DNA of 63,065 nt, the filler included, from Vannella sp. (lineage: Eukaryota): the NCBI GenBank assembly GCA_023345925.1. It is 5 parts of 5 records of this genome, joined end to end, with 100 filler letters (N's around TTAATTAATTAA, not from the genome) between each part and the next. Parts side by side here need not be neighbours in the genome. Positions count along the whole stretch, not along the records: positions 12,681 to 29,339 come from JAJQQN010000444.1; positions 29,440 to 37,945 come from JAJQQN010000264.1; 3 more parts are not named here. The stretch is one strand, 5' to 3'. Positions 23,602 to 34,563 of the stretch are shown here, piece by piece; positions within the stretch are counted from its first letter, which is position 1, and each line of letters starts with the position of its first letter. The notes below the pieces were generated by a model that was not told the DNA's origin, made no database searches, and saw nothing but the letters and a program-made list of their open reading frames with translations. The position numbers and the translations under genes were made by a program.

Positions 23602-24399
23602 TTAGGGTTTATTGGATAGCCACTCATGAGCAAGGACTTGTTGAATGGATGGCCGGGACAGGGGATCCTCGTGGAGCATCCAAGAGACCAGTTTACTGCA
23701 GCTTTTGGGAAGGCTGACAGAAACGTGTAATCTGCGCGTTGAAGGCTGGTTCCTCTCTGCTGGTGTTGTCCAAGGGAAGAATCCGGTCATAAGAATATGA
23801 AGGGTCACTCCCAGACTGAAGATATCCGCTGCTGCGACGTCAAAGTCGTCCTGAAGGAATCTCTCGGGACTGGAGTACTCATTGGTTGCGATTGAATTGA
23901 GCAGTCCATCGTATAGCTTTGAAGAGGAAGACCATTGATGTGATCGGCCAAAGTCACAAAGGCGGAGAAGACCATCAGTAGTGAGAAGAACGTTTTCGAG
24001 TTTCAGGTCCAAATGGGCCACTTGTAAGTTGTGCATGCGCTCCACAAGGACACAGAGTTGCGTAAACAGGCGAATAGCCAGATGCAGAGAGAAGTGACCA
24101 TCCTCTGTCTCGTAAAGGAGGTCTAAAAGGTCGCCAGAAGCCTTGTCCATGACGAGTGCGCCGGTTCCTGAACAGGGGACGAGAACTTCGTGGATGGGGA
24201 TCCCAATGGAGGCCCTGCCCAGCGTGTGAGAGAAGTAAACTTCATTCTCGAAGACGTTTCTGCTAGTTTCGGTGTCCAGAGGAAGGAGCTTGACGGCGAC
24301 ATCGAGTCCTTGGCGTGTCTTGGCCGAGAGAACTTGTCCATCTGCACCAGATCCAAGGAGGTGAGAGTGCTGGAATGTGTAGTTGTGAAGGGCATCCAT
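23602..24399 (-). CDS. Minimal intronless non-RD Ser/Thr kinase (paralogue 1 of 3)
   Basis: 265 aa from the ATG at 24399; LGSGADG, VAVK, HLDLKLEN, DFG, SIATNEYSSPE and DIFSLG. Confidence 0.9.
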   Translation of the reverse strand: MDALHNYTFQHSHLLGSGADGQVLSAKTRQGLDVAVKLLPLDTETSRNVFENEVYFSHTLGRASIGIPIHEVLVPCSGTGALVMDKASGDLLDLLYETEDGHFSLHLAIRLFTQLCVLVERMHNLQVAHLDLKLENVLLTTDGLLRLCDFGRSHQWSSSSKLYDGLLNSIATNEYSSPERFLQDDFDVAAADIFSLGVTLHILMTGFFPWTTPAERNQPSTRRLHVSVSLPKSCSKLVSWMLHEDPLSRPSIQQVLAHEWLSNKP

Positions 24400-24536
24400 A
24401 TTATGACTGATCAGAGCAACAAACAGCCATTTGTACCACCCAAAAAGTCTCAGATCTTGCTGCAAATCCGCTCCGATCGATCGATTCCCACACCAAGCCC
24501 AAAACGGTCCCCTACGTCCCATCGCGATTTTCGCCG

Positions 24537-24570
24537 GATCGATCGATCAATCGAATTTGATCGATCGATC
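24537..24570. repeat. Perfect 14-bp inverted repeat of GATC units (6-nt loop) in a divergent promoter
   Basis: GATCGATCGATCAA-tcgaat-TTGATCGATCGATC; a further GATCGATCGAT run lies near 24475. Confidence 0.9.
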
Positions 24571-24648
24571 AGAGTGATGGGTCATAGACCATCTTCATGG
24601 TGACCAATATCTATTCTATAGCAATATAATTAAGTGCACGTCATTACT

Positions 24649-26164
24649 ATGTTGGGTTGGCGCGGGGCGAGCTCTGTTGCGGCGCGATTGATGAAGACTT
24701 CGCCTGCAGGGTTTTACCGGCGAGGAGATGGCCGTGATCAGCGAATCGAGCGTTCAGAGAGGCTGGAAAAGCCTCCTCAGAGGCGAGAAGTTCCTCTGCG
24801 CGTGGTGGGAGAGGGCGAGGATGACGAAGAATCAGCCTCGAAGAAGCGATTCGCTTTGGTGATCGCCTACGCTGGGCAAAACTATCAGGGAGTTCAGCTG
24901 TAAGTATAAGTGGAGATCTCCCCAATGTTTACCATCCTGCAGTAACACCACTGCCCGCACCATCGAGGGGGCCGTTCACAAAGTGCTTCATGAGCTCAAT
25001 TGGATCCCTGATGAGCATTTTGAGAACCCCGTAGACTGCCACTTCAATCGTTGTTCACGTACAGATAAGGGTACGCGCTTTTGTAGACTCCAGCTCTCTA
25101 TCGTTCGGTCCTAATCCCATGGGAAGGCGTCCATTCGCTCTTCAACGTGATCTCCGCCAAGTTCAGGCTTCCCAATAGCGCAAGACAAAATGCAGAGCGT
25201 CATATCAATGAGAAACTCCCCAAGGACATCCGAATCCTCGGTGAGATGATGAGGGAAACTGATTAGTGACTTCTCTTAACCCTGTCTAGACGTCATTGAT
25301 GTCCCAAAAGGCTTCAATCCCAAGAACTACTGCTCTGAAAGAACGTACGAGTACTGCATGCCGACATCTGCCTTCAAACCATCCATCAAACATCCAGAAT
25401 ACGAGAAATTGAGTTCTTCCGATTGGCGCTTTTCAGTGCGCGACATGGAGAGCATCAATGACATGATCCAATTCTTCAATGGAACGCGCCGCTACCACAA
25501 CTTTACCAAGAAGCTGACTTATCGGCAGGACTCGAGCAGTCGTCATATTCTCTCTTTTCGCTGCCAAGAGATCTTTACAAGTGATGGAGTGGAGTTTGCG
25601 CGGTTTATTATCGTTGGCCAAAGCTTCTTGTATCATCAGATCCGTAAGATGATGGGTTTGGTGGTTTCTGTGTACCGGGATGGAGCACCTTGGGATGTAC
25701 TGCCTGCCGTTCATCACTCGCACTACGGCAACTGGCTTATTCCCCTTGCACCTGCAAACTTCCTCTTTCTCATTGACGTAAGTCTGCGATTACGTCACTC
25801 CCTGGACCTTGAACTGAATATCTGAAAGATCAATTTCGACCGGTACAATACTCACATTCGGAAGCATGGCAAAGTGCCTCTGTTCAGCAGAAACTATCAT
25901 TTCTTCTCACAGCAATTCAGGAGAGACCAACTCTATCCGTACTTTGCCTCCGTTGAGAAGGAACTGCGAGCGTGAGTGTTTAGGAAACCCGCGGTAATTG
26001 CTGACCAATGATTGTCCAGAACGGAGAACTTCCTTGCGGATTCGAGCCTCCAAATGGACTACGACTTTTTCTTGAAGCCTTGGGTTGAAGGAGAAAGGAG
26101 ACCTCCGCCCTCAGAGTCATTGGGCCTCACCAAAAAAGAGGCCAACTACGAATCTGACGAGTAA
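24649..26164 (+). CDS. PUS1: TruA-family tRNA pseudouridine synthase (PUS1-like, probably mitochondrial), multi-exon
   Basis: FALVIAYAGQNYQGVQ, TIEG, RCSRTDKG|VHS (catalytic Asp), LPKDIRI, RTYEY, YHNFT, GQSFLYHQIRKMMG and PLAP. Confidence 0.92.
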
Positions 26165-26716
26165 AAGGACTGCAATCATTTAAGACTCCACGTCATGTGA
26201 TTACACCCTCTTCCAGCTAAGCTATTTCATCCTTAGGAATGAAGGGAATGTCCAGTTGTATTGGTCAGGGAAAGTTTGGAAAGCCGAGAAAGAAGTTAGG
26301 TGGATGTCAGAGTGACCCAAATGTTATCCTTCAATTCAAATGCCTTGATCAAGGCGGCCACCAGCAGTTGGTCATGCTGGTTTCCAATGCGGGATTCCCT
26401 GGGTGCCTTTGTGATGGAAGAAAGGTCTTTGGAAACTTTGAAGGGGAACCGGACAGAGCCTTCCTTTTTCCCCCCAGTCAAAGCCCATCACCTGCATGAA
26501 AGGGAACATCTCTTCAGCACAACACCCTCACATGTCGCTGTGGAAAAGACGCATCAATTCCAGCTTTTGGTCATCAAGAGAGTGCTCATTCCAGACTAAG
26601 CTAAGTGAGATACTTGACGGCAGATCTTGCTAAGTGAGAATCGTTCTCGTCAACACCACCGCTCATGATTCTTCTCGGTTTTCTTCGTATTTATTTTAGT
26701 TTCTTCATTATTTGGG

Positions 26717-28246
26717 ATGAAGGAGGACAACGCCTCTTTCCGGAAAGAGGCGGTCCTCTGTGCTGTTATTGCAGCAGCAGCGGTGACTGCAGGACTGGTC
26801 GTGTTGTATAAGATCCGAAATGCAAAGTCGAAAACGGACCCTCCAGCGCAGCATGAGGAAGAGAGTGGTGACTCTGGCCCTGCCCCGCTCACTGTGGATC
26901 AGATTCCCTGGGCTTTCGAGGCTAATGAGCACTTCCAATCGGAGTTGGATCATTTGTCTGCGGCGAATGTACTGGAGAGGCTCGCCAACTGCTTAGAGGA
27001 GAACGGCGAGTTGATGGAGGCGTTGGGCTTCCGCCAAGCTGCCTTTGTTTGCTATTCTCGTGGAGGAGATCTTCAAAAGGTATACGAACTTATGGTTCGA
27101 TGTATACAACCTACTCTGCAGGATCATGACACTCTATTGATAGTCGAAGGCATGTGCGCCTCTGCTTGTATTCTCATTCACTCTCCCAAGGCACTGGAGC
27201 ACTTCGATCATTGTGAAGAGTACTGCCTTTCCTCCACACATCCCCAAGCTAATCTGGCTCAAGTCAAGAGTGAGAGAGGCTCGCAACTTTTGGTCTCTGG
27301 CTGACTATCTCTCCTATTCTTAGGCCAGCGGGCCAAATACTTTAGTGAGATGGAGGACTATAAGGAAGCAGAGAAGTTGGCCCAAGAATCGGTCACCATG
27401 TTCATGGAGGTGTGCCAAACCTCGCCACCGCGTGAAATCATGGACAACGCGTTGGAGTCAATCGCTGTCCTCCAATCCGTTCACATCGCTCGAGGCCATC
27501 CTGAAGTGTCTGAAAAGATGTACGAGGAGATAGTGGTGCCCAACTTTGCCAAGGCCTTTGAAAATGTGGAGTTCTTCACATATTTGATGACATTGTCTGG
27601 GTTCTACGCTCGGAATGACTTTCCCCAGTTCACTGAGTCAAAGTGTCAAATGGTATTGGATATGTATGGAGAGTTTTCCGAGAGACTAGATCTCAGCTTG
27701 GAGGAGCAGCCGGAAGCTGATGGAGAGATCCTAAAACTAGTCACTTCGGCTCGGAGCCTTTTGGGGCACCAGCTTCTCAACCAAGGCAAAGAAAAGGAAG
27801 CTTTGGGACACTTTTCGAGGTTTGAAAAGGACAATTACAAGTATCTCACCATCTCCAAACGACTTGATGTGATGGAGGCTACATTCCTTTACAAGTTAGG
27901 CGAAGATGATGGCTTTGTGGCGGGACAATTTGTGATTGAAATCAACCTTCAGAACAAGCGAAAGCTCTCCCCTAACACGCGATTGAGCGTCATCCTGGGC
28001 ATGGATGGACAAATTGATCCCACAGCATCGGTGACTGGCATGGTCGGTCCTGACTCGAAGCAGGTCATTCAGATCCGCACTGGCTACCTCACTTCTGTCA
28101 GCAGAGGTAGACATATTGCAACTCTTGAGATGTTCGACCAGGAAACCGAAGAAAGGTACATCCATCGACAGACAATCTGGGTGGAACACCCCTTCTCGCA
28201 CCGCACCACCGCCGAATCCTTTGTCGCCTGGCTTACAAAGGATTGA
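26717..28246 (+). CDS. Hypothetical protein with N-terminal TM anchor and TPR-like helices
   Basis: Two long ORFs joined by an intron near 27269-27323; TM segment AVLCAVIAAAAVTAGLVVLY followed by basic residues. Confidence 0.6.
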
Positions 28247-28762
28247 AGTAGAAAAGCACAATATATCAACATGACTGAACCTCCTTTTTCTTAGTGATTA
28301 GCACCAAAGACAAGACCTCACTCAGAATCAGAAGTCAAAGTCTCATTCTGAATCCTTGAAGCACCAAAAAGTGAAAAAATGAATTCAGCCCAAAAACTTA
28401 TCCTGAAGAGAGGAGGTCATCAGGGCAACCTACAAAGACGAGTTTTGGGACTCTCTGGCTGTATGTGCGTCTTGGGGCCTGGCAAGACTCTCATTAGTAC
28501 GCTTAGGTTACCTTGCAATGGGGAGTGTGCCCTTTCCTGAGACTTTGGAGGCAATGTCGTTGTGATTGCATGAAGGACCAAAGGAATAGCAGATCTTGGA
28601 AGTTTAGAGGGAACCAACCGGACCTCGCTCCCAATTAGCTTCGTTTGCCAAGATGAATTCATCAGGTCATATCTAAAACGGGCCGATCAAAATGTGAAGT
28701 CTTAGCATTTTTGGTTGAAGACCATGCCTGATTTGGGGGTTTGAGCCAACTGTTGCGCCACA

Positions 28763-28933
28763 TACTCATCGGGGACAAGACCCCCGATTTTTCACACTTT
28801 CCTGGCAATCGGCTTGGTTGCTCTTACCTATTTTTTTCCTTTTCGCAGAAGGTGTAAAATATAAAACTATACATAATGGCTCGACCGACCCCAAAAAAGT
28901 GTGAAAAATCGGGGGTTTTGTCCCCGATGAGTA
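28763..28933. mobile_element. MITE, 167 bp, with 36-bp TIRs and TA target-site duplication (Tc1/mariner type)
   Basis: Left TIR 28765-28800 (CTCATCGGGGACAAGACCCCCGATTTTTCACACTTT) matches the reverse complement of 28896-28931 at 35/36 positions; TA on both sides; no internal ORF. Confidence 0.85.
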
Positions 28934-29339
28934 TTGTGGGAAATGCAAGCAATGGAGAACTCGTGCGTTGCTAACTGTGGTTGCATACGAAACCAGCAAG
29001 TTCATGTTTGTTTGTTCATCTATCTTTCAGAAAACAAGAGAACTCGTGAATTCATACTACTTCTTGCATGTTGACCGCAGTCGATTATTTGTCGACTGGT
29101 CCAGGTAGGAATGGTGGCCCCCCTATTGAACTCTTTTGAGGCTCTGCATTCGGTTGCAGGGCCATTTTAACAACGATTGGCTAATGAGGAGGATGAGAGT
29201 TCATTTTTTGCGAGAACAAAATGATCCAGGTGGACTTGTTTGGGTAACCAGGAAGAATAACGAAGTGGAGGAAGTGACTCAAGATGGGAAAATTTGGTCA
29301 AGTTTGTGAGCAGCCAAGACACTGTAAGCGACGGTGGGG

Positions 29340-29439
29340 NNNNNNNNNNNNNNNNNNNNNNNNNNNNNNNNNNNNNNNNNNNNTTAATTAATTAANNNNN
29401 NNNNNNNNNNNNNNNNNNNNNNNNNNNNNNNNNNNNNNN
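29340..29439. other. Artificial contig spacer
   Basis: 44 N + TTAATTAATTAA + 44 N. Confidence 0.98.
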
Positions 29440-29654
29440 AGTTGTAAGGGGCAATCTCATCCACTTTGTGGCTTCCATGCTCCCCGAAAGGCGGTCTGAC
29501 CTGGCTGGGCCTTTGATCACAGAAACTTGTCTGAGAACCTGCTGAGCGGGCCCATCCCAGAAGGCATCAGCAAGCTGGTCAACTTGAATTGCTTGTAAGG
29601 AGCAACCAGCGTTTAGTGAAGGAGCTAACGAACAGAATGTACGGAGAACAGTGA
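29440..29654 (+). CDS. 3' fragment of a leucine-rich-repeat gene with a 72-nt single-LRR exon
   Basis: Exon 29523-29594 encodes NLSENLLSGPIPEGISKLVNLNC(L), a plant-type 24-aa LRR, flanked by same-phase TT|GTAAGG introns. Last exon reads MYGEQ-TGA. Confidence 0.75.
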
Positions 29655-30237
29655 TGTGAGCAGAAACGGTCGGATCAATCCGGTCCCGGTTTGGTGGAGG
29701 AAGAGTTGGAAGTAAGGTAAAACGAGCTTTCCTAGCGATAACTAATGCTCATATGACAGAGCGGAAGGGTGCGGAGTTGATCACCTCCAAGCAGCGGGTT
29801 GTGAGTAAGTCCTAATCATAGAAAGGGGGGTGAAGTCCGGCTATCTGATCTGAACCCCTTTCTCCTAACCCACCTTCCCGATGTTTAAGTCGCTCGCTCC
29901 TCATCAATAAACAGTCTCTTTCTTCTCCTCTCGCCCACACTCGGGTACACAATACAGCAAAACTGCGAATACGAAGAGTCGCTGCTGGAGAAGTGGCCCA
30001 AAGGAACAGGCACGGCATGACTTCTGCACTGCCTTCCACACAACAAGAAACGGTTCGGGGAAGGGGCTTGCCCTGCTCCTTCTCCCAAACAGCGGGGTGG
30101 CCTTCCATTCTGAACCTGCTAGACTTCATTGAACAGAGAATGGAGCAGAAGAGATCCTGTATTGCTGAGGAACAGAGAAAGAGAAAACATGCCTCTGAAG
30201 ATACCCAGGCCACATTGGACAGTGTTAGAGGACTTGA

Positions 30238-30255
30238 TTTAGGGTTTAGGGTTTA
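30238..30255 (+). repeat. Short telomere-like (TTTAGGG)2.5 tract
   Basis: TTTAGGGTTTAGGGTTTA, about 100 bp upstream of the kinesin ATG. Confidence 0.5.
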
Positions 30256-30351
30256 TGTGGCGGTGAATTCTCTCAAGTTTGTTTCCCATCTTTCGCTCTG
30301 TTGCGTGGAAGCCATTTTTAAAAGAACATTCATTTGCCTTGGCGGCCGTTG

Positions 30352-33300
30352 ATGGCGGAGTGTAGTGTCCGGGTGGTTTGCCGATTCAGGCCTGTGAACA
30401 AGAGGGAGACAGAACAGAAGACGCATGGGAGCTTTTTAAAGTTTGATGCATCTGGTGGGGCTGTGACGGTGGAGGGGGATGCGCGAGTGAACGAGTTTGG
30501 TACGTCTGAAGTCCTGTCAAAGAGTGAAGAGGCTCAATGAGGTGTGGGATAGTCTTTGATCGAGTGTTCGGAGGTGAAGAAGCAATCTCTGCTGCTAAAG
30601 GTACTATAAGAAGTGCTTGTACTCAGGTAAGAGGAATGTTACACTGATATCCAACTCTCATCCTTTTGGCAGGAGGAAGTGTGGCTGGAAGTTGGCGCAA
30701 AGGGCGTGGACGAGGTTACTCAAGGGTTCACAGCAACCATCTTCGCCTATGGTCAAACTGGTGCGGGCAAGACCTGGTCCATGATGGGCTCAGACTACAT
30801 TTCAGACAACCGGGTAAGCTTACTCGCTCCCTCCCTGCTCCCTCCCTCACAAGCACTGTGAAAAGGGTATCATTCCTCGAGCTTGTCAAGCTCTGTTTGA
30901 CTTCATAGCCAACGACCGGGAAGGAAGTGAGTTCCAAGTGAAATGCACTTTCTTGGAGATCTACAAAGAGGCCGTTAGGGACCTGCTTATCCCAGGAGGG
31001 GACAATCTCCGGGTCAGAGAAACCCCGCAGAAAGGGGTTTGGGTGGAAGGGCTGTCGGAACACTTTATCACTTCGATGGACGAAGCAATGAGCCTTTTGG
31101 CCCTTGGGGAGAAGTTCAGAGCGAATGCCTTCACCCAAATGAACGCTACATCTTCCCGGTCGCACTCTGTGTTCGCTATTACTTTGAGTAAGGACACTGG
31201 CCCAATAGCCAGCTCTGCTGACCTCTTTGTTAGTCCAGAAACTTGCTGATGGCTCCCAGAAGATCGGTAAATTGAACCTGGCAGACCTTGCCGGAAGCGA
31301 GAAAGTGGGTAAAACAGGTGCCACTGGGAATACCCTTAAGGAGGCGATGAAAATCAACCAATCCCTGTCTGCGTTGGGAAACTGCATTAATGCGTTATCT
31401 TCTCAAGCCGCCTCAAAGTCTCGGGGCCCGGGCAAAGGAATCCATATTCCCTACCGAGATAGTAAACTCACGCATATTCTGAAGGAGGCACTGGGTGGCA
31501 ACTCAAAGACAACCTTGCTGATTGCTTGCTCTCCGCATATCTCCAATCTTGAAGAAACCGTCTCGACTCTCCGCTTTGGGCAGCGTGCAAAGACTATCAA
31601 GACCAAAGTGACTGCGCAGATACACAGATCTATGGAGGAGCTTAACGCTATCATCCAACAGCTCCAAAAGGAAGTCGCCTTCCTCCGAAACTATGTCAGA
31701 ACATTGGAAGAGACTCTACAGGCCAAGGAACCCAGTATCCGTCTTGATATGCTCAAAAGTAGATCCACATCTGTTCGTCATCTTTCTCAATGCTCTCAGA
31801 CGGAGTTCCAAGCGCAGCAAGAAGGAGAAAGTGACTCAGATTCACAAGAGGGTGAAGCAGAGGCCCTGGAAGTGGCGGAACTTTGGGCAGCGCTGAAATC
31901 TCTGAAAGCAAAGGCGGAAGACTCAGAGTTACTTTCGAGAGAGAAACTCCAAGAGGCTGCTGAGTATGGATGCTCCTTCCTGCCTTGTTACTTCTAACCT
32001 CTTTTCTACCAGTCTATTAGAAGAAAAAACGGGCAGAATTGATGAATTGCGCTTGGAGGTACTCGCCCAACGAAGGGCCCTCGAAGAAGAGAAACACTCC
32101 CGTCAAACTCTCTTACAAAAGTCACAAAAGGAAAACGAAGTAGGACTCTCCAAAGCAACTATTTCAGCCTCTCATTTGAAAACAGGACCTCGAGCGACAG
32201 CTCTTTGAGGTCTCCTTAGAGCTTGAGAGAGCCAAACAAGAGAGGGCGAAGGAAACAGAATTGAGCCAGGCAGAATTGAAAGCGCTTAAAGCCAAAGAGT
32301 TGAGAATGGACGAACTTAACGGAATTGCGGGGTTTGTTGAACCCTTGGTATCACCTCGAGCACGTCCTGAGTCAACAATGATGAATATGGAAGTTCAAAG
32401 GAAGCTAATGCAGACAGAAATAGAGCTGGAAGGGCAACAGAGGATGCGTTCTATCCAAGAGAAACGATGCGACCAGCTTCAAATTCTGTTCGTTACTTAA
32501 GTTCTCGGGAGCACGTCCCTAACAAAGAAACAGAATTGAAGCTCAAGCGGTCTCTCTCCAACAACTCACAGCTGAGTCCGAGGAGAAACAAAGCAAACTG
32601 ACTATACAGGAGGTAATTAGGTATGCTTGCTTGAAGAACCCTGATTGACTCCTTTCAGGAGGAGATTGAACGATTGAGACATTGTGTCGAACGCTATGAA
32701 GAAGCCAGACAATTCCAACGGCCTCCAATTGTTCGGGTTGTCAAACCCATCAATCAGCCACGGTCTCTCTCTAACCTGTTCCGCGATAAGACAAGAGTAC
32801 GTGGCAAACCTGAACCCCAAAACCCTCTTCTCCACTCACATCTTCCAAGGACACTCTCCCCAAGAGACAATCCCTTGGCGCCCCCAACAAGGAGGGATTC
32901 CTGACAAAGCAAGGAGCATTCATCAGAAGCTGGTAAGCTGGGAGAAAGAAGAACAGTCACGAAAACAGGAATTAAATACTCCCAGGAAACGCCGCTGGTT
33001 CGTCCTAAAGAGAGAACCTCCCGCTTTGTTCTACTTTGATAACGACTCTGTGAGAATCGAAGAAGAGGTTAGCGCATAGAACTAATCAATAGCGCAGTCA
33101 ATAGATCCGTTAGGATCCATTCCTTTGGAAGAAACAGTCTTGCAAGACGCTTCCGATGAGATGAAGCGGAAATTCACCTTTGGCATCTACCATTCAGTGT
33201 ACGTCATTCCCCTTTAACCCCTCCACATCCTCCCGATAAAGAGAGTCTCTTCTAACAACACACTTTAGCAATCGGACCTTCTTCCTCCAAGCAGACTCCG

Positions 33301-33356
33301 CTGATGACTACCAGCAATGGAAGGACGCTATCTCAGAGCTAACACAAGATACTTAA
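30352..33356 (+). CDS. Kinesin (kinesin-1-like motor) with coiled coil and C-terminal PH domain, multi-exon
   Basis: VRVVCRFRP, FDRVF, AYGQTGAGKT, LEIYKE, MNATSSRSH, LADLAGSEKV.KTGA.G..L.EA..IN.SLSALGN, HIPYRDSKLT and LGGNSKT; tail KEGFLTKQG.FIRSW|KRRWFVL...QWKDAI. Confidence 0.9.
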
Positions 33357-33401
33357 AGGATCTGGTCGCGAATTCCGGCATTTTTTGGCGGCCTTGGGTG
33401 G

Positions 33402-34528
33402 ATGGCGGGTCTGTCCTTGAGTCTGGCCCGCTCGTTTGGAGCGGGGGTGCACTTTAATGTGCTGGCCTGTACTTCAGGTTTGAAGAGCGATAGTGAGGGA
33501 GAGATGGTTCTCTTAGGGGATGAGGAAGGGAAGATCCACCTTCTCGACCCGCTTACCGGCGCTATTGAGACGGTTTTGGAGACTAAGGGAGGCTCGATCA
33601 TGTGTTTGAAGGCACATCCTATCACAAAGCTATCTCGTTGTGATCTACTGAGTGGGGATGCTCAAGGCGTTGTGTCGCTCTTCTCCAACTTGGAGTTACT
33701 TTCACGGCAAGCTCTTTCTGGGGCGATCACGGCCATTACCGTGGCTGAAGAGCAAGATGGAATCCCTAGAATCTTCTCAGGGGACTCTGTTGGCTCCCTT
33801 GTATCAATGGGAGGCTTGGACCTTGACATCTCATCCTCTTTCTCGCTTCCTTCACCCCCAAACTCGCCATTACCCTTTGTATGTTGCTCTCTTTGAGACA
33901 TAACATTGCCATTGCTGACCCATATTCAAAACAGGCCTGTGGGATCACCTTAATGGAGAGTGTCTGTCTCGAAGATGACTTCAAAGTGCTTTCCAAGTAT
34001 CTTGTTGTTGCAGATGGCTCCCAAGTCCTTCATATCTTCTCCACCCTTCAAGTCCACGTCCGTTCTATCGATTTGCCTTCTATTGCACTTACTGTGAGAT
34101 CTGAAAGTGTCCGGAATCAATCTAACTGGGATTAGGTTTGCGTTGGCATGTTTACGGAGGAAAAGCAGCAAATCCTGGTTGGATGCCAAAACGGGTGCCT
34201 TTATGTGATTCAGGATGTCAAAGAACCTGTATTCTATGCGTCAGTAGGCTACACCATCTCGAAAATCCTCCGAGTGTCAGTACCTGGTACTTTGCTCTCT
34301 GCTGTTGCTGCTTGCGGTCACTGGAATGGGCTCATTCTCATCCACAAGCAACAAGTGAGTCCCTAGTATGTTTGTCTATGCTCTAACGCAAGGTAGACTG
34401 TAGCTCGTTGGTTTACTGACGGATGGATTCACACAATGGACACTCTGACTCTCCCTACGGGACAGATGTGTCTGTGTTTAGGACAGGAGGACTCTGTGAT
34501 TCAACTGATTGATATGAAGCTTGATTGA
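33402..34528 (+). CDS. Uncharacterised beta-propeller (WD40-like) protein, multi-exon
   Basis: Repeated blade motifs LLGDEEGKIHL, LLSGDAQGVV, FSGDSVGSL, VADGSQVLHI, LVGCQNGCLY and LGQEDSVIQL. Confidence 0.65.
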
Positions 34529-34563
34529 GCAGCTCCCCCTTCAGTTTTATCCCACTTTGAGTC

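Noticed and set aside
26200..26670. Possible small minus-strand spliced gene between PUS1 and the TM/TPR gene
   Set aside because: Splice-like signals exist, but I could not build a consistent frame or recognise a product.
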